From: Adineta vaga
Taxonomy: Eukaryota > Animalia > Rotifera
Direction of reading: 5' to 3'
DNA: 64,000 nt
NCBI GenBank assembly: GCA_021613535.1
Contig: CP075493.1
Coordinates: 13,454,001 to 13,518,000, forward strand
Below the pieces are notes generated by a model that did not search any database, was not told where the DNA came from, and worked only from the letters and a program-made list of their open reading frames with translations. Position numbers and translations under genes: made by a program. Below, piece after piece: positions 49,888 to 62,449 of this stretch (position 1 is its first letter; each line of letters begins with the position of its first letter).

Positions 49888-51046
49888 ATAGAACTAATAC
49901 TTTGGGCACTAGGACAATTCGTCGCCAGTATATTATAATTAATTGACAAAGCTACATATGTAATTCAATTAATAGGATCACTGCACTATCACTAACAATC
50001 GTGTTAGGAACACCAAGTGCAATCTAATATTCTAGTGGTATTGCGAACAAGAAGATACGGATTCACTTGAAAACTTAATACAAAATGTTTCGAAAGTACC
50101 AAAAAGCAAAAGAGAGAATTTGAATAGAAAAAAAACTTCTAAGAAAGTTTTAAGAGAAGAACGTTATTTAGTTGACTGTCAGACAAATAATTTATTTCAT
50201 TGAAATGTTAAGTAATCTTTCAATATCATGAATCAAACAGATTCAAGCAAACTTCTACTAAAAAAAAACATTTCACAACTTAGCGAATGATTTTCATCAT
50301 AGTTTATTTAGTGAATATTCAATTTTTTAAGATGTTTATTTTTGTTAGTGAAAATCCAAAGATTTCTTTCATGCAATATAGATTAATTCACAACAATGAT
50401 CGCTATATAAAATGAGTATTACCTCCAAATTTATCCTCGATGAAACACGGTTTCAGTTAGTACTGCTGCTTTACAGTATACACAATAAATTATCAAAAAT
50501 ATCTTTTCTTGATTATGAAGCCTTAAAAATTCCTTATAGAATCCAGGTACTATATTATTTAGAGGTGTAAAGTTTTGAGTTGATTTCTGTTAAGTTTGTT
50601 TCGTTACATACTGTGCATTTTTAAAAAATTATTATTTCTGTCTTACAAACGTAATGACCCTTATGAAATGTTTATATCTCTCTTTCTTTCTATCTGTATA
50701 TTATGTTAATTTTATTACACAACAATTAATTATACGACGAATTGTCCAGTCACCGTTCATCGCCAGACAGATGAATTGAGTATTTTTTTTCTTTTCTTAA
50801 GAGAAACAAGAAGAAGGAGAAGCAAAATTAACCACTTATTTTATGTTCTGTCATCAGACTCGATAATACAAAAAAAATAATTTTTCTCTTCTCTCGTCTG
50901 CTCTAGGAAAAAAGCGTCAATGAAGTTTATTTGACACACATCTCTCACATGATCCGAATGTCAAAATATCAAAAAGTATTTTTTTATACGACGAAGAACG
51001 AAAGAATATTCTTAGTCTAAGTAAAGGAGAAAATAAGTGTCAGTCG

Positions 51047-51073
51047 TTCTTCTCTCTCTTTCTCTCTCTCTCT
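51047..51073 (+). repeat. (TC)n microsatellite
   Basis: ttcttctctctctttctctctctctct, directly upstream of ATG 51084. Confidence 0.7.
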
Positions 51074-51083
51074 CATTTTTCGA

Positions 51084-51449
51084 ATGGCACATATGGAAAT
51101 GCTTGGTTTTGGTTATGCAAAAGATCCTTGGTCAGTTTATTATAATGGACAAAAAATGGAAGGTGCATCGGCAATGAATTTTCAAGCACTAAACTATGGT
51201 TATGCAAAGGATCCATGGCATATTTATTTTGCTGGAAACAAAGTTGACGGTGCATCTGCATCAAATTTCGAAGTATTACATGATGGTTATGCAAAAGATT
51301 CATGGCATGTATATTTTATGGGAAGAAAAATGGAAGGCGTTTCGGCTAATTCATTTCAAACATTAGGTCAAGGAATGGCTAAGGATGCATTTGCTAATTA
51401 TTATGCAGGTCAAAAGATGAATGGATCAGGAATGCATATGTTTCATTAA
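51084..51449 (+). CDS. DKNYY-type repeat protein (4 x 29 aa)
   Basis: Repeats F..L..GYAKD.W.VY..G.K..GASA.N; intronless and intact. Confidence 0.75.
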   Translation: MAHMEMLGFGYAKDPWSVYYNGQKMEGASAMNFQALNYGYAKDPWHIYFAGNKVDGASASNFEVLHDGYAKDSWHVYFMGRKMEGVSANSFQTLGQGMAKDAFANYYAGQKMNGSGMHMFH

Positions 51450-51558
51450 GTAGATCGTATGGAATTATTCAACATTTTTTCTTGTCTCACATGCAATTCA
51501 TCACTTTAACCGTTTCTAGTTTATTTCAGATTTAACTAATATTACAAAAAAAAATTTT

Positions 51559-52982
51559 TTATAAGTTGATTGAGGTAATACGTTCATGGCATGTAGGGCA
51601 AGTTTTAGTAACACCTAGCCAATTAATTCCACATTCTTTATGAAATAAATGACCACATGGAAGTTTTTTTATTTGTTCGTTTAATTGAAATTTTGTTTGA
51701 CAGATAGTACTAAAGAAAAATATAGACTGAAAAGAAGACTTTGTGTACATCGTTTACTCACCATGCTGATTTATTGAAATCATTCGAAACTTGATCAAAA
51801 ACTAGCAGTGGTAAGGTGTCAGCAGTAGCTGGTAATGCTGAAGATTGAGATGATGGTTTCTATACGGAAATATTGTATATCGAAATCTGTTTTTATAAAA
51901 ATAAAACATACCATAAGTGCTTCGAAAAGTGGAACAATGATTGATACTGGCAAACAGTGTCCAAGGCAAGTTCCGCATAGGGTGCCAAAACAAGAAACAA
52001 AACGTACAAGTAGTAAAATGGTAAATGGCGCAAAAAGTCGTAATAATTCCCATACGAAAAGAGTTTGATAGAGATCAGGAGCTGCGTTGCGACATGAACA
52101 ACCTGAACGAGGTTGAAATAGAAGAACGACTCCAAGAGAATAATAATAAGTCATAACCATGGTCATTAAATAGGATAGTGCATAATCAATCGCCGATAAA
52201 CGAATAAAGATTTTACGATACTTTGGTAGACGATAAAATAGTTGATTGAGAATAGCATTAGCTATACGAAGAACTAGAATGAAACCATTGAGAATAAGTC
52301 CAATACCAGCAAATGATCGTAGTGGTGCACCAAACAAGAGATCTTCGATATGAGTATATATACAATCATATGATTTCGTTTCTATCAAGGCAAAGATTAC
52401 AAAGTTAAAATAGATACCAGTTATAATAATCCAGAAGAGAAGAATTAAACATTCGAATGTAAGTGATCGTCGAGGAGGCAGTGACGGTTTTTTTGGCCAA
52501 ATAAGATTTAAAAACCATGTATTCATACAAACAATACCAAGGAAAAAGCGAACAATTTCACAATCATTATATGGTGATCTTTGTGGTGTAATGAATATAC
52601 ATACAGTTCCCGCACAAATGCCTAGAAGTCTTCCGAAATGCAACCACATGCATACGTCTACATTGTCTCGTGTATCATTTTCCTCGTCAGACAGTGTCAC
52701 CTAGTGACAAGAACACCGTCTTACGAAAGACAATATATAAATAAATCCGTTAATAGTAAAGCTAATTATAAACATAGACACCACCGCAATGATACCAGGA
52801 GCTCTACATGTCGTTAAACCATAGTACAAACCGATACAAAGAAGACCAATATTAATAATATTGTAGCATACATTATATAAATCACCAGACAAGGAACGAT
52901 CGAGTTGAGTTAAAAAATCAACCCATGTAAATGATTGTTTGTTCTCATCGTCGGTTTTAACTACCGTTTCAGTAATTGACAT
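51559..52982 (-). pseudogene. Multi-TM protein with C-terminal RING-H2 (membrane E3 ligase), in-frame TAG
   Basis: RING-H2 in the last exon: TICQ...LPCGHLFHKECGINWL...TCPTC. TAG at 52701-52703 splits an otherwise continuous TM ORF. Confidence 0.7.
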
Positions 52983-53668
52983 AGTGAGAGACAAAAGTCT
53001 ATATAGAAATCATACGCAAACAATGATGTTTCGAATAATATTACTTACATTTTTTTTTCCTTCAGTGCATACGCTTTCACGTGGGAAAGAAAAAAAAATA
53101 CCCATGGTGTAAACGCTTCGATAATATGAGTCATTCAAGAACGTGCCATGTATTCTGAAGAAAAAACAACATATAACAGTAATAGACTTGCTGTCAAAGA
53201 TCTTATGAATTCAGTAATGTATTTATATAAGGAGATCTATTTATTAACGTTCAAAGTAATGCTCAACGCCGATGATTCATAGTACGAGTGGTTATAACAT
53301 CAGAATAAATTTGTTGTTGCGTCGGTAGAATAAAAAATAACTGTGTAGGATGACTACATGCTTCGTTTTGTGCGCTGTTTATACTGTTCTATAATTATCT
53401 AATATATCACATGATATATAGTGTGTCTAAAACAATACGAATCAATGCCGACAATTAACTATAATTTGGATGCTGACGATTTATATCAGAAATTTCACGC
53501 ATCAAATCATCTTATAATACTCGGGATATTCTTTGATATTTCTTTGGTTAAATTCACTTCTTATACACTGATGTGTCAACTTGACTTTTACATTCATTCT
53601 CATATTTATTTATTTGTTTTTTAACGATAATAAAACTAGAAGAACTTTGTAATTTATACTTTTCATTG

Positions 53669-54702
53669 TTAGTCGATAGCAATTATGTCGACTGCTCTTT
53701 GACCATGCCATCGTTCATAATGAACTTTGAATAGAACATAAATCAATTGTTGAAGAAAACGTTTCGATACACAAACATAAATGTAGAATGGACTCTAAAC
53801 ACATAATCAAAACAAAATTAATAATCATTTAATATTTATACAGATAATACATACGACAAAATGAATGTAATAAAGTATTCCAGTTAGATTCCGAAGAAAA
53901 CTTATAAGGACTATAACTAATGGATCATTTGGACTACCGATTATATAGTTGAAGAGATTAAGAATGATTGATGGTGTAACAAAAATTACTTCGCTCAATG
54001 CTTCAGCAAGAACCATCGTTGTTAATTGTTTGTCTAGTTCACGTCGAACTAAAGGAATTGTTCGATACGAGATGTGTCGAACATTTCGAAATGCCAAACA
54101 TCCAAATATAAGAATAATAATAACAGGTAATGAAGTAATCAGAATAGGAAAATGAAAACATTGAAATATGTTTGAAAACTAATTTTAGTGAAGCCACAAG
54201 TGTACGTGCCTGATGTAACAGAGAAACTTAGATCATAATATAATAAAAATGGAATTCCATGGAATAAACAAAATCCAATCGCTCCTAATATTAATTGTCG
54301 AGCTATGGTAATTCTATTATATTGATACCATCGAGGATGAGAACAAGTAGCAAGAAATTGATCAACTGTTGCTAAACAGATACATATAAATGACATAATA
54401 TTTCCAAATTGAAGATAAAATGGTCGAAATTTACAAAAGCTACGAGATATATTCAGCCAGTTTATACCAAAAGCAGTTGTCATTATAAAAGTTAATAAAG
54501 CAATGAATAAATTTAAAGTATTGACTATTGACATAATGATTAAATAAAATGCACATGAATTTTCTCGAAAAGTACGAAGACTCAGCAAAGTAATCAACAT
54601 CAATGGTCCTCCAATAACACCAGTAAAGAAAAGAAAACTACCTCCGTAAATTACCACTTGTTGACCAGCAATATCCAGCGTTAAAACTGTCGAAGTTGAC
54701 AT
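53669..54702 (-). pseudogene. Orphan GPCR with frameshift
   Basis: LRTFRENSCAFYL, ATVDQFLATC, PLVRRELDKQLTTM, FYIYVCVSKRF; frameshift ~54145. Confidence 0.72.
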
Positions 54703-56720
54703 TAGTGCAAAATAATTTCTTCTATGTGCGTTTTCTTTAAATAAAATGACACTGTAGAAGTACACTTTTTTTTATTTAGTCGCTTCTATGCCTTTCAGCC
54801 CTTCTATCTTATCTCTGTTTGGCAGAATTTTTTTCCACTTTGTTTATACTCGTTGAAAGAGATCTTACTATTAAAAACATACTGATATTTTTAATTTCAA
54901 AGTTGACAGAACTATTCACTTTTTTAATTAAAAATTTCTTCTTCTGTCACTGAAATCTATCGTTTGAATGAGTTTAAAGAGACAGTAGTGTTCATGAAAA
55001 TAATTAACATTTTACTAATTTTTTTCTCTCAAGACATAATAAAAATTTGAGTTATGTGTGAACGATTTTTCTTATCTATATGTACGCGTTCATAAATTGC
55101 TATTCTCCTCAATCGAGTGCATGTGCTTTCGCATGATAATATATGTATTCAATGTACACAAATATATCGTTGATTGAAACGAATATATTTGTAAAATGTC
55201 AGTATCAATAAAATACAGATGATATATAAATCACCAATCCATACTCACATGCTACACTCGCCATCTTGCAGAGAACATGAGTAAGAGTGATTAGATATTA
55301 TTATACCAAGATTTACTTACTTACGTCTCAATAACGAATATATATATATATAGTCAGGTGTAAAATAAGGACTTAAGAATTCAATAAATGGTGTTAGCTA
55401 AACAAGCTCAGTATTAAAACACATATTTTAATTCTGTACACCATATGTACAGACAAGCTTAACTGCGGATCTTTCGAAAAAGAAGTCAGTTTCGTTGATC
55501 ATGATAATTCAATATCTTCTCTATTCGTAGAAAACATGAAACGTACAGTAGAACAAGATTGTTCCTCACATTCTTCATCCTTCTGCAATAATAACAATCT
55601 AATAGACGATGATACAATTACTAAGGATTTCAATGAGTAAATCGATGAATTCAAAGTCAATATATCTATTCACATAACCTTTATAGAAGGAAAAAAACCA
55701 TGCTATTTCATGGTATACTGAAGTAGATACATCATTCATCGATGTTTTTTTCTGTAGTATTTACTAGACAAATTATACGGTAAACACATGTTCATGCACA
55801 GAAAAGTAGCCGTCACACTTTCTTATTGTACATAATATTGTGCAATACTTTAAGTAAAGAGTTAAAATGTCACCGTGCTTTATGCGAGCTCATCCTTCTA
55901 TTACAGTAGCCATCATAAGCCATCATTATCAAAAGTTTTCTTATCTTCATGCAAAAGTGACAACCACGTGTTTATATCAATCTACGAAAAACAAAAATGG
56001 TTAATGTATTTTTAATTAAGCATAATTCGAAAAATACGACATCGCTTCAGGTAGTATTGTTAAATAGAAATATCAAGTTATTCTTTTTAATATTAATACT
56101 GTCAAATAACAGTTCAATTTAATAGTAGATTTTTCTTTAAGCAATAAATCTGTTATAAAATAATAAAATTACGTCGATTGTTTTTTTTGCATTCATATTT
56201 TTCCTCATGCTAAAGGACAGTTATGTGCATTTATTTCTTTTCATTTATGAAACACAATTTTCTCGATAAATGCAAAAATATACCTATATACACATCAATA
56301 TTTGATCATTCAACTGAATCAGTTAACGTATGTCGGATGTATAAGTATCAGAAAAATTTGTACATACAGGTAATGAGTATTCGATAGACACTTAGTATAT
56401 AACAACTATATCAATATTAAACGATCGTTTCTATATGGCAACAATTAATAAAACTAACCGTTCATTATTAGTATTACATTATTATTCAAGAAATATCTCC
56501 TTTAACAACAATTAAATATGATATAATTGTGATTATTCTTCAATGAATTCTTCCTATTCGTGAGTATGAATACGAATGTAAGTTGCGTATTTATTTATCG
56601 TTTGCTCAAATGCAGTAAAATAATATTTCCAGGATCTTGACTTCTCGAGCGATTATGATATTTTTCTTCTTATTATTTTACAGATTGAAAAACATAAAAA
56701 ATATATTCTTTGATTGACCA

Positions 56721-58419
56721 ATGGATTTTGATAAAAATTCTAATGAACCATTAATTCCCAATCCAATAATAAAGACGAATCATATCACATCAAATGATGA
56801 AACATCATTAACATCAACCATAATCTCTATGAATTCAAACGTGCGTCGATCATTAACGAAAGAAGAGAAAACTACTTATCTTAAAAAATCGAAGAAATTA
56901 ACAAATTCCGAATCCAACCATATACTAGCAGATGTTAGTCATCGATTGACGAAACGTAAACAATTACAAGAACGATGGTAAGTTATTCACTTATATTCAC
57001 TATTTCATATCATCTATCTCTTATATAGTTCAATCGTCAATGATATCATGTGTTTCATTGCATTATTAGGCATTGTCCTGATGATATGGGAAAATGAATT
57101 AACATTTGTTTCATCTGATCATCTTGAGACAAATATGACTTGGTCCATCAAATTGATTATAACACTGTCAACTATTGTTCTCATTGCACTGATCATCTAT
57201 TATCATTACTTAGATATGGTTCTTTTTTCTCTCAACAAATCACTTCAATATTGGTATGTTGCATTAACTCGTTCACGATTCATTCTAATCATCATCGAAA
57301 TACTGATATGTGCTATTCATCCTTTCCCTCGTGGATTTCTTAATAATTATGAATCTGTCTCCAATCTAAATAATATCACTGCAACACTCTCACCATCAGG
57401 TACAATCCCCCTGTCATTCATACCTATCGATGTTGCACTTGGTTTGCCTAGTAAGTATGCCATATCTATTTGGATCCCATGTACTGTCATCTTAATTTTG
57501 TGTTAGTGTTTGCACGATTGTATTTGTTATGTCGTACAATCACATTTCACTCGCATTTTCTTCGAGATTCGTCTTCCCGATCTATTGGATACTTGAACAA
57601 AATGCCAATCAATTTTGCCTTTATAATGAAAGCTTATATTGAACAATCACCTACATTTTCATTGGGTACATTTTGTCTACTCATCGTTACGATGGGAACT
57701 TGGTCATTTCGAGCATGTAATTATACGAGTAATTAAGACATTTACCGATGATGAACTCTGTCTGGTTATTTTTCACTCTATTTACCACTGTTGGTACGTA
57801 ATATGAATAACGTATTGAAGAAATGAAACTAAATAAGATCTTCATTTTGTTTCTAGGTTATGGTGACCTCATTCCTACGACATATTGTGGGCGAGGTAAG
57901 TTGAATGTGAAATGAATATGAAATGAATATTGGTTTGATATTGTAGGTGTGGCTACTCTCACGGCTTTGACTGGTGTGACAGTCAGTGCTTTCTTAATTG
58001 CTGTTCTATCACAAAAACTCATACTCAGTCGTTGGGAAAAATATATTTATAACTTTGTGCTTAACATAGAATTAGCCAAATCGCACAAAGTTATTGCTGC
58101 TAATATTATTCATCATGGATGGAAAATGTGGCGATTGAAAAATTTGGGTAGAATTCGATCCATCGAATATTTGCGTTTGGAAAAACAATTTTTCGCATCG
58201 ATATCTGCGGTTCACGAAATTAAACGAACGAGACTTCAAATGACAGATAATACTGTTGGTCTACCTGAAATGATGGTAATTCAACGTGATACGAACGACA
58301 GAAGCATCGAAGTAGAAGCAAAAATGGCTTCGATTGAATTAAGAATGAGTCATGTCGAAAATATGTTGCAGAACATACAGAATTCACTACAAACTCTCGT
58401 GTCACAGAAATCGACATAA
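56721..58419 (+). pseudogene. KCNN: Small-conductance Ca2+-activated K+ channel (SK/KCNN-like), frameshift just before the pore
   Basis: EILICAIHPFP, FARLYLLCR, SSRSIGYLN, pore TTV|GYGDLIPTTYCGR, CaM-binding EKYIYNFV...AANII. Frameshift with TAA at 57734-57736. Confidence 0.8.
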
Positions 58420-60065
58420 TCATCAGCAGATCTTTCGTTTACTTTTTACTTGATTTGAAATCTTTTTACATATATTTCTTTTGTTTAAATAAAGATGAAT
58501 AATTATATTAGAGAGTATGAATATAAATACTGCTCATTAAGAGAATTTTTCTTTACTTTTCTTGACGTGGAGTATTCACGGCGTACGGGAGAGATACAAC
58601 TAAAGACTATTGACAATTGTTTATATATTAGAGATAAAATGTTAATAATTACATTATCGATTTCTAGTTGAAGATCTTCGATGTTGAAAGAAATCGATAT
58701 TCTCTTCGTCATATACACTCTTTTATAGTTACCAATATTAACTATGTCAAATAAAGTTGTCTTCGAGAGAAAGAAGGAGTCTCTGAAATATTTCGTGTAA
58801 CTATAAGTGAACGTGTTTAAGCAAAAATCCGTCGATAAACCGGTACTATCTGACGGTTTCAATTCAGAAACGATAGCAAAAGAACTTGTCCACTATAATT
58901 ATTTACGTAATGCTATAGATGATGATGAAAATTAAAAACTCAAGTATTCATCCTTTCGACGAATTTGATTTCATAATTTGTTTTTTTTTATAATCATATA
59001 TGTTTGCTATACAAACAATAAGCTAGTATAGACGTTATTTTGAATATTTCTTTACTTATCCCCATGGTTATACCACGGCATATATTATTTATTATATCCA
59101 TTCACACGTGTAAACAAACTCAAACTGTATTTGTTTTCGTCGATGATATGAAAAGAAAAATTTTCTTTTATAATTAAATCCTATTCTCAATGAATATCTC
59201 GTGCTTTCTTCTATTCGTTTCAACTCTATTCTATTGGTTATTCTCGTTCTCTTGATAGATTCTTGTATATGATTCATATACATACGTACTTATAAAAAAA
59301 TATCTGTGCATTCAACTGAATCGTTGTATTTCTTTTCGGTACATAAACATATTAAACAAAGTTTTATATGCTATTATAAAATATTATACAAGGACGCATT
59401 CAATGTAAACCATTGATACACAAAAAAGGGTGTGGGTGTGAGTGAGAGCCTTCGTAAAATTAATCTTGAAAGATATTTATTGTATGTCTTGCATTCATTC
59501 TTTATGAAATTCGTATTGGATTAAATCGTATAGTGGAACAGAAAGCTTCACTCTCTTGTAAATGCAATCGTCTCATTTCTGCTATTGATTCTAACAAACT
59601 ACAAGAAAACATGACAACAGTCATAAGAGATAACGCTTATCACCATTTTGATTCATAGTGAGAAAGAACAAATAAAGCGTCAAGAAAAAGATTTATCAAA
59701 AGAACATACAAAGACATATGCATCTATAAGTTGAAGATTTCATTGTAATTTGTAATACACTGATACGTTTAGTTTATGTCTATTGAAACATTAAGTAAGA
59801 CAATTTGATCGATTTATATGGATAGAATTTAAAGTTTTTTGACTTGCTTATATAAAGATTGTTCAATATCGAATCCATGTGGAAGAAATGGATATTGTGA
59901 AAAGAATCACGATGGTAAGTTTTATTGCAAGTGTAAATTCTGGTGGTCTGGACGAATTTGTGATGAATGTAAATGAATGAAAATTTGTTTACCTTACAGT
60001 ATCATTTGTTATGTTCTCTATATAGTAACTAACAGTGGAATTCAAGTAATTATTCTTGGCTGTCA

Positions 60066-62285
60066 TTGGCGATGATCATAGGGGTCTACTACGGTTTAAT
60101 CATCTATAAGCGTTGTAGAAGTCGAAAAGAACATCAGAAAAACGATAAAAAAAGTTTCAAGTACGAAGTCTTTGTTTTCAATGTTTTCTGTAAAAAAAAT
60201 CTATACAATACTATTAGATTTTCCATTAGAATCAAGTTTACTATCCATCCATCGTCGTATATGTTAGTCAGTCTAGTTTTGATTCTTGCTGTATCCGCAT
60301 TAATTATCAAATGGTTTATGATTCAGTCAATTCATAATAAAATTATCGATCAATATCGATACAATCTTTCACTATTCTATGAACCACATGAAATCTGTCG
60401 AGTAATCAATTATCAAAAGTATAATTTAATCATATTTCCAATGTCTTGTTTGCTTATTATTATCTTTGCGATTGAATATAAACGAATCTTGATTATGTCG
60501 AAAAAATCCTGTTGTTATTGTATTCCACCTGTTCCAATTGATTTTTTTACCAATACAAATCGAACATTAGTTGCTGTTACATTTGCCATTACTGCGAATG
60601 AACTGTTAGAAATTGCCAATGACGCATTCAGTGAAACATATTCAATTCAAAATGGTATTGTTTTTGTTTATCTCCAACAAGTCTTCAAAGTTCTACTGAT
60701 AGGTCTTCGTTACTATCCTATTTTAGCTGCAGTCTATATTGATACTTTACCGAGCTTAATTCTAGGTGCATTTTACGTTTGGATTCAATTTCCAATGACC
60801 GTTATAGATCAAGGTATGTGTCAACCGAGATATTATGATACTGCTGCACAGAGAATGAATGAAACATATCTGAATGTCTTATTAAATTATTATGGTACAG
60901 GATCTTTTCTCATAATTATTGATTTATTAACTGATATACCTCGATATCTATGTTTATCGTATATAATCATTGAATTACCAAGAAAAATTCGAGCTAAATT
61001 TATGAGAAAAGAACATTCTGAAAATAACGATCAGACTCAAGAAGAACAAGTATTGTTAAGTGTTGTAGAACCGAATTCTGTTGAAATGATGTATTTACGA
61101 AATTTATTTCAATGGAATAGTAACCGACAAGTTTCGTCTAATCGATGGATTTACGAATGGCGTAATGATTTTCGATATTCATCTCGTATACTTTGTCTCT
61201 ATTCATCGATTTTTCTTTTTCTCTATTTTGTTTTAATTCAAGTATGTGTTCAAGTCGTACCTTATATGGATCAATTACAACAATTACTTCAAACTATAAT
61301 CGATGATTTTCGTGGAAGTCGATCAACTCATTCTATACCTTTGTTTGTTCGACCATTTCTTTTAGCTGTAATCAGCGGATCAGTGATTATTGTCATTCAA
61401 CTTCTATTATTACTGGCAAGTATTCGTCGTAATTTATTTCAAGTTTATCGAGGTGATGATTCCGAAATTCCTCGACGAAATCGATCGAATTATATGACGT
61501 ATGCTACAGGTAATTTTCATTTCGCCGGTTATCTTATTGCATATGTTTTATGGGGTCTTATGATGATCGTCGTCTTTATGTTTATTCTTTTTCTTTTCAT
61601 CGATATTCTGATTTCATTCCGATTATTTCCAGTCATTGAATCCATTCTAAAACAAATTATACCGGTAGTTTTATTTGCTTATTTCAAAACATATTTAAAC
61701 AAATTTCTCGCTCGATTTGCATTTCTTCAAGATGATGGAAATGTTTTAGCGATGAAGAATCGTCAGATTCTCATGATCTTTCTTTATTTCAATTTTTATC
61801 TCGATGCATTTCTTGGTCTGTTTTCATCGATTCGTCGACTTTTACAAGGTGTTATCGGTGGTATTTTCTACATGTGTCGATTAGATTACTCACCGTTAGG
61901 TCGAAAGCTAGAAACTTGGGATGATGGTTTTAGTGCTTATTGTGGTTTTCTTCATACTGAATGTACTCATCGACATCCAATTCTATTACTCTTTACCGCT
62001 CATTTACTTGTAATGAATAAGAAGAAATCAAAATCGATCTGTATTACGAATCCATTAGCGATTGAAGGTGATTTAAGAATGCATAATGAAGAGAAAATTC
62101 AAGAAAGAAAAAGACAAATCATTCGAAAATGGCAAATGATCGTATTTTTGATACGAAATCCATTGTTTGTATTCTATCGTAAAGCATATTTCAAACAATT
62201 TCATAGTGTCGAAAACTATCTCATACCATGGAGAAATAATCTTCATGTCAATCGAATACTAATTCAACGTTTACATTCTGTTTAA
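60066..62285 (+). CDS. STRA6-like / RBP receptor family membrane protein
   Basis: PVPIDFF...AVTFA, LRYYPILA, FRYSSRI, A..NFHFAGYLIAYVLWG, RLDYSPLGR..ETWDDGF..Y..FL..E..HRHP. True start and 5' exons are uncertain. Confidence 0.85.
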   Translation: MAMIIGVYYGLIIYKRCRSRKEHQKNDKKSFKYEVFVFNVFCKKNLYNTIRFSIRIKFTIHPSSYMLVSLVLILAVSALIIKWFMIQSIHNKIIDQYRYNLSLFYEPHEICRVINYQKYNLIIFPMSCLLIIIFAIEYKRILIMSKKSCCYCIPPVPIDFFTNTNRTLVAVTFAITANELLEIANDAFSETYSIQNGIVFVYLQQVFKVLLIGLRYYPILAAVYIDTLPSLILGAFYVWIQFPMTVIDQGMCQPRYYDTAAQRMNETYLNVLLNYYGTGSFLIIIDLLTDIPRYLCLSYIIIELPRKIRAKFMRKEHSENNDQTQEEQVLLSVVEPNSVEMMYLRNLFQWNSNRQVSSNRWIYEWRNDFRYSSRILCLYSSIFLFLYFVLIQVCVQVVPYMDQLQQLLQTIIDDFRGSRSTHSIPLFVRPFLLAVISGSVIIVIQLLLLLASIRRNLFQVYRGDDSEIPRRNRSNYMTYATGNFHFAGYLIAYVLWGLMMIVVFMFILFLFIDILISFRLFPVIESILKQIIPVVLFAYFKTYLNKFLARFAFLQDDGNVLAMKNRQILMIFLYFNFYLDAFLGLFSSIRRLLQGVIGGIFYMCRLDYSPLGRKLETWDDGFSAYCGFLHTECTHRHPILLLFTAHLLVMNKKKSKSICITNPLAIEGDLRMHNEEKIQERKRQIIRKWQMIVFLIRNPLFVFYRKAYFKQFHSVENYLIPWRNNLHVNRILIQRLHSV

Positions 62286-62449
62286 AATATAAGAAGCGAC
62301 TTTTTTTTAAATTTCATTTAAAGATTATATAATTGTCACATTAATCTCGATTGTTCTCTATTGTGTTCATATAATTTATCATTTACGAAAGAATTTATAC
62401 CACGAGGATAAATATAATTAAAGAAAAGATGATTGACAACCATTGAGAA

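Noticed and set aside
49641-49949. 102-aa ORF
   Set aside because: It overlaps the tRNA-like gene, starts at a non-ATG codon and has no protein features.
1918-52703. Stop-codon reassignment or selenocysteine explaining the in-frame stops
   Set aside because: All three stops occur, at positions expected to be different residues (Y, Q, W, R). All three also terminate intact genes, and frameshifts co-occur.
55345-55450. Possible Tc1/mariner MITE after a TA run
   Set aside because: The terminal inverted match is too weak to support.
58503-58862. 119-aa ORF (also 48-296, 3025-3237, 32956-33335)
   Set aside because: No recognisable motifs, several have non-ATG starts, and the composition is typical of AT-rich noncoding DNA.
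56721-62285. Functional link between adjacent SK channel and STRA6-like genes (both calmodulin-binding families)
   Set aside because: Adjacency is the only support, and the SK copy is frameshifted.
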